Shown one piece after another: positions 9,850-18,657 of a DNA stretch of 64,000 bases (positions are counted from its first letter, which is position 1; each line of letters opens with the position of its first letter). Origin of the DNA: Gemmatimonadota bacterium. GTDB taxonomy: Bacteria; Latescibacterota; UBA2968; UBA8231. Below the pieces are notes generated by a model. That model had not been told where the DNA came from. It ran no database searches and worked only from the letters and a program-made list of their open reading frames with translations. A program made the position numbers and the translations under genes. The stretch is taken from NCBI GenBank assembly GCA_038128265.1, contig JAYPJE010000004.1, positions 54,303 to 118,302 on the forward strand. The letters are read 5' to 3'.

Positions 9850-10785
9850 CTACGAGCTAACGTCCATGGCGCAGCGGAACCCTATGTACTCCTGGTAGAC
9901 CGTTGGGTTTGCCGAATGGCGCGCTGCGGCGCGAATATCCATGCGGTTGGTGTGGTAGCCGCCGCCGCGATACACCTTTATGCTACCTTCTGGCGGCCCC
10001 TGCGGATCCGATTCGGGACTGCGCGCATAGTATTTTTCTTCAAACCAATCGCTGACCCATTCTCCGACGTTGCCGCACATGTCCAACAGGCCAAATTCGC
10101 TCGCACCTTTGGGGTATTTGGTAACCGAAGTGGTCTTGCCTTCCGCATTCGCATAGTTGGCAAAGTCGGGCGTGCATTGCTTACCCCAGGGGTACTCGCG
10201 CTGCTCCGTCCCACGCGCCGCCCACTCCCATTCGGCTTCTGTCGGCAGGCGCTTGCCCACCCACTCTGCGTATACGCGCGCATCTTCCCACGAGACGTTT
10301 ACCACCGGGTGATCGGCCTTCCCATTGGGAAAGGTGCCGTTTTGCCAGTGCACCGGCGTGCGGTGGCCCGCCACGTCAACGAAATCCTTATACTGCATAT
10401 TGGTCACTTCGTGGCGGTCTAAATAGAACGGTTTTAACCTCACCTTGTGCTCTGGATTTTCCTCCTCGTGACCCGGGGAGTTGCTGCCCATGCGCAGATC
10501 GCCGGCTGGCACGAGAACCATTTCGCGCTGGTTGAGCTTTTCCTGCAGTTCGCGCCGCTCTTCTTCCATGCCGTCAATCCCATCTCGCAGGCCTTCTATC
10601 TGCCCGACCATATCCGCCCGACTCGATTCAGCTTCTGATATCTTGTCGTTAAATTCGCGTTTGCGGCTAGCCACCTGCTCGACGCCGGGCATGACGCGCA
10701 TCAGCTTTTTTCGATAGTCTATGAAAATATGCACCCAGAGCAGAGCGCAGAGAGCAATACCCACTCCATACGTCCAGTCCTCCAT
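9850..10785 (-). CDS. Membrane-anchored coiled-coil + FGE-sulfatase (SUMF1)-fold protein
   Basis: N-terminal TM and coiled coil; 'HPVVNVSWEDA', 'RLPTEAEWEWAARG', 'DMCGNVGEW', 'GFRCA'. Confidence 0.9.
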   Translation of the reverse strand: MEDWTYGVGIALCALLWVHIFIDYRKKLMRVMPGVEQVASRKREFNDKISEAESSRADMVGQIEGLRDGIDGMEEERRELQEKLNQREMVLVPAGDLRMGSNSPGHEEENPEHKVRLKPFYLDRHEVTNMQYKDFVDVAGHRTPVHWQNGTFPNGKADHPVVNVSWEDARVYAEWVGKRLPTEAEWEWAARGTEQREYPWGKQCTPDFANYANAEGKTTSVTKYPKGASEFGLLDMCGNVGEWVSDWFEEKYYARSPESDPQGPPEGSIKVYRGGGYHTNRMDIRAAARHSANPTVYQEYIGFRCAMDVSS

Positions 10786-10856
10786 AGATCCTCCACTTTC
10801 TTGACATTTATCGAGCCCAAGGGGATATTTAACGCCAACCTCGCCCAGTGGGATTC

Positions 10857-12965
10857 ATGGCAAAACGCATCGCCCTATATATAGTAGCGTTTTTTTCGTT
10901 TTTCGTACTGTGCCTCGTAGGCATCTATCTGTCGTTTAACGACAACCTGCCCGACATTGCAGCCTGGAGTTTCCAGCCGAAACGCATCACAAAAGTATAC
11001 TCCGAAGACGGGCAACACCTGCAGGATTTCCTCGAGGAAAACCGCGAAATCCTCACCTATGAAGAAATTCCCAAATCCATTTTAGACGCACTGATCTCCA
11101 TCGAAGACCAGCGCTTTTTCTCCCATTGGGGCATCGATATTCGCCGCATTTTTGGCGCCGTGCTGGCCAATATTCGCTCCGTGAGTTTCACCGCGCAGGG
11201 CGCCAGTACCATCACACAACAGCTGGCGCGCAACGTCTTTGTCGAGGAGGTCGGCAACCAGCGCAGCAGTGCTTCGGTTGACGCAATCATCGCCACCTAT
11301 GCCCGCAAAATTCGCGAGCAAATCACTGCTGTCTACATAGAGCGGCTCTACACAAAGCAAGAGATACTGACCATGTATCTCAACAAAGTCTACTTTGGCC
11401 ACGGCGCTCACGGCTTAAAAGCAGCCGCGCATTACTACTTTGATAAAGACGTGGCCGATCTCCAGGTCGAAGAGAGCGCCATGCTGGCCGGCCTGCTCAA
11501 AGCACCAAACGGCTATAGCCCCATTCGCCGGCCAGAGCGCGCCCTCAAACGACGCAACCAGGTGCTCTACAGCATGGTCGAAAACGGCAAACTGTCGCGC
11601 ACGACCTACCAGACGCTGAGCAGGCAGCCCATCGCCACCCGCCTGCGCAGCCGAGCTGACACCTACGGCTTGGCGCCGTATTTCGTCGAACACGTCCGCC
11701 AGCAGCTGCAGCGCGAGTTTGGCTCCGCCATTTACAGCGAGGGCTTTGCCGTGCAAACAACGCTGGACTCGCGCCTGCAGCGCATTGCCGAAAAACACTA
11801 TGCCAGCGAAGTGCGCCGCGTGCGCGACAACGTCAATAGCTACCTGGCGCGCCAGGACTCCTCGGAGGGCCTGCCCGACTCGGCCGTAGTCCAGGCCGCT
11901 TTTGTGGCGATGGACCCACACACGGGCCGCATCCTCGCCATGATCGGCGGGCGCGATTTCAGCGAGAGCAAATTCAATCGCGCCACCCAGGCCAAGCGCC
12001 AGCCCGGTTCCTCGTTCAAGCCCTTTGTCTACACGGCAGCCATCGATAACAACCGCTTCACTATTGACATTCTCGACGACAACGCCATCACCCTGCACGA
12101 CGAGACAACCGGCGAATTTTGGGATCCGGAAAACTACGATAAAAAATTCAAAGGCCCCATGACGCTGCGCGAAGGCTTTAAACAGTCGCGCAACTTGATC
12201 GCCCTTAAACTAGCCGACGAAATCGGCCCTCCGCTCATCCGACGCTACGCGCGCAATATGGGCATATCGACGCCCATTCGCGCCATTCCCTCTATTGGCA
12301 TCGGCACCAGCGAAGTAAACCTACTGGATATGGTCGCCGCCTACTGCGTCTTTCCCAACAAAGGCATCTACGTCAAACCCTTTTCCATCGCGCAGATTGA
12401 AGACAAGGACGGCAATGCCGTTTACCGCGTCGAAAGCGGAGCCAAACGGGAAGTACTGCGCCCGGCCGTGGCCGTTATTATGACCGATATGATGCGCTCG
12501 ACCATAGACGAAGTGGGCGGCACCGGTCGCGCCATTCGCACGCGCTACCGCTTTCGGCCGGCAGCCGGCGGTAAGACCGGCACGACCAATGACTATACCG
12601 ATGCCTGGTTTATCGGTTTTACACCGCACCTTGTCGCCGGCGTATGGGTGGGCATTGACGATCCGAGCCTGCGCCTGTGGCCGCGGCAGGCCGGCGCAGC
12701 GGCCGCTCTGCCGCTGTGGGCGCAGTTTATGAAGGACGTATATGCGGAGGTCGAACCGTATAGGGGCCTTGCGGACGATGAATTTGATTATCCAGACGAA
12801 CTGATCGCGCGCCTGTCCATTTGCAACGAAACCCACAAACTGGCCACGCGCTTCTGCCCCGACCAGAGCGAGGACATCTTTATAGCGGATGAGGCGCCGC
12901 CGTCAGCATGCCCACTGCACGGTGGCAACCCGACGCCGGCACAGTCGCGCGTGCAGCGCTTTTAG
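10857..12965 (+). CDS. mrcA: Class A penicillin-binding protein (PBP1A family)
   Basis: Transglycosylase motifs 'EDQRFFSHWG' and 'GASTITQQLARN'. Transpeptidase motifs SxxK 'SSFK', SxN 'SRN' and 'KTG'. Confidence 0.92.
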   Translation: MAKRIALYIVAFFSFFVLCLVGIYLSFNDNLPDIAAWSFQPKRITKVYSEDGQHLQDFLEENREILTYEEIPKSILDALISIEDQRFFSHWGIDIRRIFGAVLANIRSVSFTAQGASTITQQLARNVFVEEVGNQRSSASVDAIIATYARKIREQITAVYIERLYTKQEILTMYLNKVYFGHGAHGLKAAAHYYFDKDVADLQVEESAMLAGLLKAPNGYSPIRRPERALKRRNQVLYSMVENGKLSRTTYQTLSRQPIATRLRSRADTYGLAPYFVEHVRQQLQREFGSAIYSEGFAVQTTLDSRLQRIAEKHYASEVRRVRDNVNSYLARQDSSEGLPDSAVVQAAFVAMDPHTGRILAMIGGRDFSESKFNRATQAKRQPGSSFKPFVYTAAIDNNRFTIDILDDNAITLHDETTGEFWDPENYDKKFKGPMTLREGFKQSRNLIALKLADEIGPPLIRRYARNMGISTPIRAIPSIGIGTSEVNLLDMVAAYCVFPNKGIYVKPFSIAQIEDKDGNAVYRVESGAKREVLRPAVAVIMTDMMRSTIDEVGGTGRAIRTRYRFRPAAGGKTGTTNDYTDAWFIGFTPHLVAGVWVGIDDPSLRLWPRQAGAAAALPLWAQFMKDVYAEVEPYRGLADDEFDYPDELIARLSICNETHKLATRFCPDQSEDIFIADEAPPSACPLHGGNPTPAQSRVQRF

Positions 12966-13270
12966 TCTTCCAGCTTAAACTTGGTCGGCTTGCGCCGCCG
13001 CTCGCGCGCGCGGAATTGCTCGACCTTTTTCTGCACCTCGACGAGTTCCTTCTCCATCTCGGCAATTTCCTTCTGCAAATTCTCGACTTCTTGCTTGGTC
13101 GAATTGGCAGCCGATTGCTCGCTTTCTATGCGCATCTCGCACTCGCGAATTTCCTGCCGTGCCAGCTCGGCCCGCGGTTTGAGGCCCGAAGAAGCATTCA
13201 GATAGTCGATAATAATCCAGACCAGAAAGCCCGCGGCGCCAACGGAAATTGCAATGTATACCCAGGCCAT
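12962..13270 (-). CDS. Small single-TM coiled-coil protein of unknown function
   Basis: N-terminal TM, charged heptad-rich body, RBS-like AAAGGGGG upstream. Resembles the N-terminus of 9850..10785. Confidence 0.75.
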   Translation of the reverse strand: MAWVYIAISVGAAGFLVWIIIDYLNASSGLKPRAELARQEIRECEMRIESEQSAANSTKQEVENLQKEIAEMEKELVEVQKKVEQFRARERRRKPTKFKLED

Positions 13271-13285
13271 GGCGGCCCCCTTTGG

Positions 13286-13864
13286 TTAACGGGGCAATTC
13301 CCGTATTATTTTCGTGATGCGCGCGGCAAAATCTGGGTTCATGCTGCCCATAATTTTGGCCATTTGCTGCGGCTGCAGCATCTTCATCAACGTCGCAACG
13401 GTGGTGTCGCTCAGCTCGGTTTCCTGTTGGAGAATATCCGCAGCGCGCTGCGCTTTGATCTTGTCGTAAAATGTCGCCAACTGGCGCAGGCTCGCCTCGC
13501 GCTCCTGCAGCGCGGACGAATCGGACTGAACGCCCAGCGCCTGTTCCCGAGCCAGTAGATCTTCCCGATCGCTCTCCAACTTGACGCTCATCGCCGCCAG
13601 GCTCTCTTCTCGAGCGAAGGCCTGCTGATTCATCTCCTCGTAGCGCGTCTTATACTCTTCCGTCAGCACCGCCAATTCGGCCAGACGGTCCTCTTTCAGG
13701 CGAAACTCTTCGAAGATATCGGTCGAGTCCTGCTTGCCCAAGACGAATGAGACCAATTCCTCGGGTGTCTCCACCGTCTTCGTAAAGAAGAGCATGGCCA
13801 CCAGGGCGGCACCAAACGAGAAAAACATGCCAACGATCAGCAGGGGAACCATTAAAAACTTCAC
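13286..13864 (-). CDS. MotE/FlbB-like flagellar motor-associated protein (MgtE N-domain-like)
   Basis: N-terminal TM and coiled coil, then 'LATFYDKIKAQRAADIL...LMKMLQPQQMAKIMGSMNPDFAARIT'. Confidence 0.75.
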   Translation of the reverse strand: MKFLMVPLLIVGMFFSFGAALVAMLFFTKTVETPEELVSFVLGKQDSTDIFEEFRLKEDRLAELAVLTEEYKTRYEEMNQQAFAREESLAAMSVKLESDREDLLAREQALGVQSDSSALQEREASLRQLATFYDKIKAQRAADILQQETELSDTTVATLMKMLQPQQMAKIMGSMNPDFAARITKIIRELPR

Positions 13865-13894
13865 GCGTGACCTCGCTCGAGTTCTTCCGCTGGG

Positions 13895-15595
13895 TTACAA
13901 AATAAAAAAGATATAGACCAATCCCCCGATAATACTGGCAGAAAGGCCGCGCTCGACCACCTTATTATCGGCTTCAATCACCGCGCGCTTTACTGCCTCG
14001 CCCCCCAATATATCGACGCTGCCGCCGGGCACCGAGTCTTCGTGATAGGAGCGGATTCTGCGCTCCCACTGCACCGTGCCGTGGCGCTGCTCGACTAGGC
14101 GCAGCACCAAATCGCCGTAGGCTGCGCGCTTTTTGTCCCTAGACAGCAGCGGCCAACCGCCCGCCGAGGAATAGACTACGCGCGAACTCACCAGGCGGTA
14201 GTGTATAATCCCGGCGTGCTCACCCGGCTCGGGTGCGCGCACCATGAGCTGGTAGCCGCGCTTGCGCAGGATTTCGGCCAGCGCATCTTCAACAATCCAA
14301 TTGGCATCGTTTTTGGCATCGGCCTCCAGGTAAATCGGCAACTCACCTTCCATTGGCAGCGCGCCCATTTGCTCCGCTAGGGCCAGCAAAAAGGACTCCG
14401 AGACCAGTTCGAGATCCGTGGGCCACGTCGACCGTTCGGCATCGCCCCGACCTTCCGACCAGGCCACGTCAACGGTCATATCACCGGCCAGTGCAATGAA
14501 TTCACTGCGCCCCGGCGGCCGAGCAAACGATCGCCAGCTAAACGGGCCCGGACGCTGCGGCGTCAGGCGCAACTCGACCTGCACGTGCTGACCGGGCTCG
14601 ATCGAGGCGAGATTTTCGACTATGACGACGCGCTGCCCGTCGCGGACGTCAATGCGCATACTGGCCGACTCTTCGACGAGCGCTACGTCGGCAAAGGCCG
14701 AGTTAATATCCAGCCGCAGCGCGTCCACGGGAATACTGTGCGCGCCTGTATTGCGCCAGCGAAAAGCGATCGCGCGCTCCTGTCCGACCTCGATAATTTC
14801 CCCATCCACTTCGGCCACTGGTAGGGGATCGACGCGCAGCGTCGCCGGTGCCAGTGCCACCGCTGGCATGCCTCCCACGCTGGCGAGCGCACCGATTTCG
14901 ATGGAACCAACCGCCTCGCTGCCGGCCGTCACTTCCATCTCCTCAACACTACTCAACCCGGGTGCCAATTCATCGGCGAACGAACCGCCATCGCGCACGG
15001 GCTGGATTTCCGGCGGCCACTGCCACTGCACTCCGCGCAGTGGGCGTCCCAAGTCATCTGCGTGCTCGACGTGCACCTCAATGCGCGCAGTTTCGCCCTG
15101 GTAGAGCTGCTCGGGTTTGATATGCCACGCGGTTTGCACGCCCGCTTCAACCCGCAGGAGGGTTTCTGAGCGATGCGCAGCCCCCTGCCCGGCAGAGGAA
15201 AAGATCGTCAATGACAGCGGCAGATCGCCGGCTTGGCGCAGCGTCTGCGCCTCGAGGTACAGCGTATCGACAAACGTTCCTACCAGCGGCTGGTCGGCAT
15301 AGTCTATCTCCACGAGCCCCGCACCCAACCGGGCCGTCCCGTGCTGCGCCGTCGCCCCGCGCACGCTCAGATCGGCCGGCGCAAAACCGACCTGCGAACG
15401 CACAATGGCTTCGCCGTCGCCGACAAAGTACTGCAAATAGAGGCCTATGCGCTGTTCGGCACGGGCGGCCAGTGCCTCGTTAGCAGGGCGCATAACGGCC
15501 GTCGAGCGGGCCTGCACCTCACCTGAGAAAACCGTTATCAGCACGCCACAAAGGACCGGCAATGCCCTGGTTAATACCCCATTCATCGGTAGCAA
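13895..15595 (-). CDS. Hypothetical exported protein with beta-rich domains and a C-terminal TM anchor
   Basis: 566-aa ORF (alternative ATG at 15586) with a signal peptide 'SGEVQA', Ig-like beta-strand patterns and a hydrophobic C-terminus 'IIGGLVYIFFIL'. Confidence 0.7.
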   Translation of the reverse strand: MLPMNGVLTRALPVLCGVLITVFSGEVQARSTAVMRPANEALAARAEQRIGLYLQYFVGDGEAIVRSQVGFAPADLSVRGATAQHGTARLGAGLVEIDYADQPLVGTFVDTLYLEAQTLRQAGDLPLSLTIFSSAGQGAAHRSETLLRVEAGVQTAWHIKPEQLYQGETARIEVHVEHADDLGRPLRGVQWQWPPEIQPVRDGGSFADELAPGLSSVEEMEVTAGSEAVGSIEIGALASVGGMPAVALAPATLRVDPLPVAEVDGEIIEVGQERAIAFRWRNTGAHSIPVDALRLDINSAFADVALVEESASMRIDVRDGQRVVIVENLASIEPGQHVQVELRLTPQRPGPFSWRSFARPPGRSEFIALAGDMTVDVAWSEGRGDAERSTWPTDLELVSESFLLALAEQMGALPMEGELPIYLEADAKNDANWIVEDALAEILRKRGYQLMVRAPEPGEHAGIIHYRLVSSRVVYSSAGGWPLLSRDKKRAAYGDLVLRLVEQRHGTVQWERRIRSYHEDSVPGGSVDILGGEAVKRAVIEADNKVVERGLSASIIGGLVYIFFIL

Positions 15596-15676
15596 CTTCT
15601 GTCCACTTTGATCCTGAAAATAGAGCGGGAGGAAATCGACTGAAACTCTTTTAGCACTTAGACTTGCGTCAAAACA

Positions 15677-15705
15677 ACCTTAACATAAAAGGCCGTGACT
15701 GTCAA
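15677..15705 (-). promoter_or_regulatory. Sigma70-type promoter for the leftward operon
   Basis: Minus strand TTGACA-N17-TAAGGT. Confidence 0.5.
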
Positions 15706-15747
15706 GGCGTTTCTACCGCATTTTACCCCACTTTTGGCTCGGTAAAC

Positions 15748-15777
15748 TTGACTTTGAATACCCCTGCTCTGTAGGTT
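15748..15777 (+). promoter_or_regulatory. Sigma70-type promoter for the ytfI/ytfJ-like genes
   Basis: TTGACT-N18-TAGGTT. Confidence 0.4.
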
Positions 15778-15821
15778 GTAGAGACGCGCGGTTTTCGCAC
15801 CCTCTGAGCGACCGAAGGTTA

Positions 15822-16517
15822 ATGTTAGAAATACTCCTTTATCTCTTTCTTGCACTGATATTTGCCGTATTGGGCCTGCCCCTTTCACTCGCCCTGAATG
15901 CATATCGATCGCACCCGCAAGCCCCGCTGAACATAGAGATCGTCCTAGGGCTGTACCGGGCCATAATAGGCGTGGGACTGCGCGTTCAACCAGAGCTCCT
16001 TGCCATACATATCTCTATTTTTAACAAATTGATACGCATTCCCCAGATCGCGCTCAAGCGCCAGCCCTCGTCCCGCCCATCGGCTGCCTCCTCGCCCGAG
16101 CCCGACCATGCCGAGGAACCATCCGATGCCCACATCGCACCAGCAAACGCCACTCGCCCCCGCGGCGGCATGGACTGGCTGCGCATCGCCGCTGCACCGA
16201 CCATCCACTTTGCCGGTCGCTTCCCGCGCGCATTCCGCCTCAACCACCTATCGGTGCGCGGCCGTCTGGGCTTGGACGACCCCATGCAGACGGGAACGCT
16301 CTACGGCTACCAGCGCGCCCTTATGGCCTTGCCATTTAGGCGCCTGCGCTTAGACTTAGTGCCAGACTTTAGCAACCGCGGCTTCAGCGGTCGCGCCGAA
16401 TTGGCCATCGGCATACACCTGGGCCGAATACTCTACCAAGCCCTGCGCTTTGCGCTGCACACCGGAGTGCGCTACGCCATAATGCGCTACACGAATAGAT
16501 CGCTTCGCATCTTTTAA
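15822..16517 (+). CDS. DUF2953 (YtfI-like) protein
   Basis: N-terminal TM; 'GLDDPMQTGTLYG...LVPDF' motif; adjacent to a ytfJ-like gene. Confidence 0.7.
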   Translation: MLEILLYLFLALIFAVLGLPLSLALNAYRSHPQAPLNIEIVLGLYRAIIGVGLRVQPELLAIHISIFNKLIRIPQIALKRQPSSRPSAASSPEPDHAEEPSDAHIAPANATRPRGGMDWLRIAAAPTIHFAGRFPRAFRLNHLSVRGRLGLDDPMQTGTLYGYQRALMALPFRRLRLDLVPDFSNRGFSGRAELAIGIHLGRILYQALRFALHTGVRYAIMRYTNRSLRIF

Positions 16518-16531
16518 AAAGGCGGTACTGC

Positions 16532-16915
16532 ATGCCATCCGTAGAAAACCTCATCGAGCGCGTCATGGGCGAATTGCACCGCATTGTGCAAACTGAAACC
16601 GTCATCGGCGAACCGGTGCAGGCCGGAGAGATGACCATTATTCCCGTTTCGAAAATCTCCTTTGGCTTCGCGGCCGGCGGCGGCCAGAACGACAAAGGCC
16701 AGAGCGGCACCGGCGGCGGCGCCAGCGTCGAGCCCATTGCCTTTTTGGTCATCGACGGGCACGGCAAAGTGCAGATTATGACGCTCACCGACAAGGAGAT
16801 TGGCTGGGGCCAGCTGGCAGAACTGGTGCCCGACGCGCTGGGTAAGATCAAGCGCTTCGTCGACAAAAAGCGCGGTGACGGCAAAGAAGACGAGGGCGAA
16901 GAGCAGCCGGACTAG
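16532..16915 (+). CDS. ytfJ: YtfJ/GerW family protein
   Basis: 'TVIGEPV...IIPVSKISFGFAAGGG...GGGASVEPIAFLVI' family signature. Confidence 0.9.
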   Translation: MPSVENLIERVMGELHRIVQTETVIGEPVQAGEMTIIPVSKISFGFAAGGGQNDKGQSGTGGGASVEPIAFLVIDGHGKVQIMTLTDKEIGWGQLAELVPDALGKIKRFVDKKRGDGKEDEGEEQPD

Positions 16916-17439
16916 TGGTGATTCCCCTCCGTTGGAAAGAGGCGAAAACGCCCGTCCAGCAGTAGGTGCGTATACCATCCCGCTATACACCCCACCAAAT
17001 AGACGACGTGGCCCTCTATGAGGGCGTGCACGTTTTCCCAAGAAAATTCACCGATAAAGGCGTGGCGCGCCCGCCAGTACTCGTAGGTTGCGCCGAGTAG
17101 AATCGACACGGCGAGCGGACTGATCTTCCAATGCGTCCAGCCCCGGTGGTGATCGAGCAGCGGCAGCAGCGAGAGGATCGCTACCAGCGTTGCCAAATCG
17201 TAGCGCTCATTCCACCCCAAGTAGAGCAGGGCGGCAAATACGCAGCGGAAAAACCAGCGCTGCGGCACGGAGGCCGTGTCGAGATCGGGAAAGAGGGAGA
17301 AAAACGCCGTGGTTGCGCATACGCCGCCCCAGGTGACGTGATCGCCGGCTTCGATGTACGACAGCCGCATCGCCCCCTCGGCCACGCCGATGCCGACGGC
17401 AATTCCGCTTATCAGGTGGCCCCTAAAGTTCACCGGCAC
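16912..17439 (-). CDS. Membrane metal-dependent hydrolase (YdjM/DUF2227-like)
   Basis: 'GH', 'FPDLD', 'HRGWTH' and 'HLLLD' motifs set in TM segments. Confidence 0.8.
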   Translation of the reverse strand: MPVNFRGHLISGIAVGIGVAEGAMRLSYIEAGDHVTWGGVCATTAFFSLFPDLDTASVPQRWFFRCVFAALLYLGWNERYDLATLVAILSLLPLLDHHRGWTHWKISPLAVSILLGATYEYWRARHAFIGEFSWENVHALIEGHVVYLVGCIAGWYTHLLLDGRFRLFPTEGNHH

Positions 17440-17450
17440 ACCTTCCAGCC

Positions 17451-18530
17451 TCAGACGGCCGCGGCACGCGCAGGCCCGCTGTCAAACAGCTGTCCGCAGG
17501 CCGCGTCAATATCGCGCCCTCGACTCTCGCGCACGGTAAATTCCGCTCCCGCCCCTTCTAACCTGCGATAAAAGGCCTGCAAACGCCGCTGCGAGGGACG
17601 GCGAAACGGCCCCCCGTCTGCCAGCTCGTTATAAGGTATCAGATTGATTTTACAGGGGATATCGCTTGTTAATTCGGCTAGGCGGACGGCGTCTTCGTCC
17701 CCGTCCGTCACCCCATCCATCAACACGTATTCAAAAGTGACACCGTAGCCGCGCAGCTGGTAAAATTCGCGCGCCACCTCGAGCAGGTCGGCTATTTTGA
17801 AACGGCGATTTATGGGCATGAGCTGCGCGCGCACATCGTCCGTCGTCGCGTTGAGCGATATGGCCAACCCGACGTTGAGGTCTTCCCGAGCCAGCTTGCG
17901 GATGCCCGGAACATAGCCGGCCGTCGAAACGGTTATACGCCGTCCGCCCAGCGCCAAACCCGCTTCCAAACGCATCAGCTGCAGGGCGCGCACTACGGCG
18001 TCGTAGTTGAGCAGCGGCTCGCCCATGCCCATCAGAACGACGTTGGTAACGCGCTCGTTGCGCGCTTGCGCATACGCCGATACCTGGACGAGTTGGTCCA
18101 GTATCTCACCGGCGCGCAGGTTGCGCACCAGTCCCATGCGCCCCGTGGCGCAAAACGCGCAGTCGAGCGGACAGCCGACCTGTGAGGAAATGCAGACCGT
18201 GCGCCGTGCGCCGTCTAGGATCAACACCGACTCAACGCGCTCCCCCGTTGCCAGCTCAAAGAGAAATTTGACAGCCTGCCCCGTCTGCGACGCACGGCAA
18301 TCGACGGCGCGCAGCCGCGTGATATAGGCCACATTTTCCAGCGCCGCCCGAAAGGCCTTGGACAAGTTGGTCATTTCGTCGATGCGCTCCACCCCTTTGC
18401 CGTGCACCCAATCGACGATTTGACGGGCGCGGTATTCGGGCGCGCCCAACTCGGCGACGAGCGCCTCTATTTCGGCGGGGAACGCGCCCGTTAAATCAAT
18501 GCGTTGCGCATCGACAGACTCGTTGTTCAT
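17451..18530 (-). CDS. rlmN: 23S rRNA m2A2503 / tRNA methyltransferase RlmN
   Basis: 'CISSQVGCPLDCAFCATG', 'MGMGEP', 'DIDAACGQL'. Confidence 0.95.
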   Translation of the reverse strand: MNNESVDAQRIDLTGAFPAEIEALVAELGAPEYRARQIVDWVHGKGVERIDEMTNLSKAFRAALENVAYITRLRAVDCRASQTGQAVKFLFELATGERVESVLILDGARRTVCISSQVGCPLDCAFCATGRMGLVRNLRAGEILDQLVQVSAYAQARNERVTNVVLMGMGEPLLNYDAVVRALQLMRLEAGLALGGRRITVSTAGYVPGIRKLAREDLNVGLAISLNATTDDVRAQLMPINRRFKIADLLEVAREFYQLRGYGVTFEYVLMDGVTDGDEDAVRLAELTSDIPCKINLIPYNELADGGPFRRPSQRRLQAFYRRLEGAGAEFTVRESRGRDIDAACGQLFDSGPARAAAV

Positions 18531-18554
18531 CGGACCCTAATGCGGTGAATCTGC

Positions 18555-18583
18555 TTGACGAAAAATTGACATAGGTTTATTAT
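18555..18583 (+). promoter_or_regulatory. Sigma70-type promoter for the M23 peptidase gene
   Basis: TTGACG-N17-TATTAT in an AT-rich divergent intergenic region. Confidence 0.55.
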
Positions 18584-18657
18584 AAATAAACAGTTTACCC
18601 ATAATTGGTCAATGCCCCACGCCCCTCTCTACCCCTCGTGCAACGACCTGTAATTCA

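Noticed and set aside
9850..9980. FGE/C-type-lectin C-terminus as a diversity-generating retroelement variable region
   Set aside because: No reverse transcriptase and no template-repeat copy seen in the window.
12908..13558. 216-aa plus-strand ORF, and similar long antisense ORFs such as 11415..12098, 16514..17041, 34190..34951 and 46340..46924
   Set aside because: They are shadow frames of well-supported genes in GC-rich DNA and carry no motifs.
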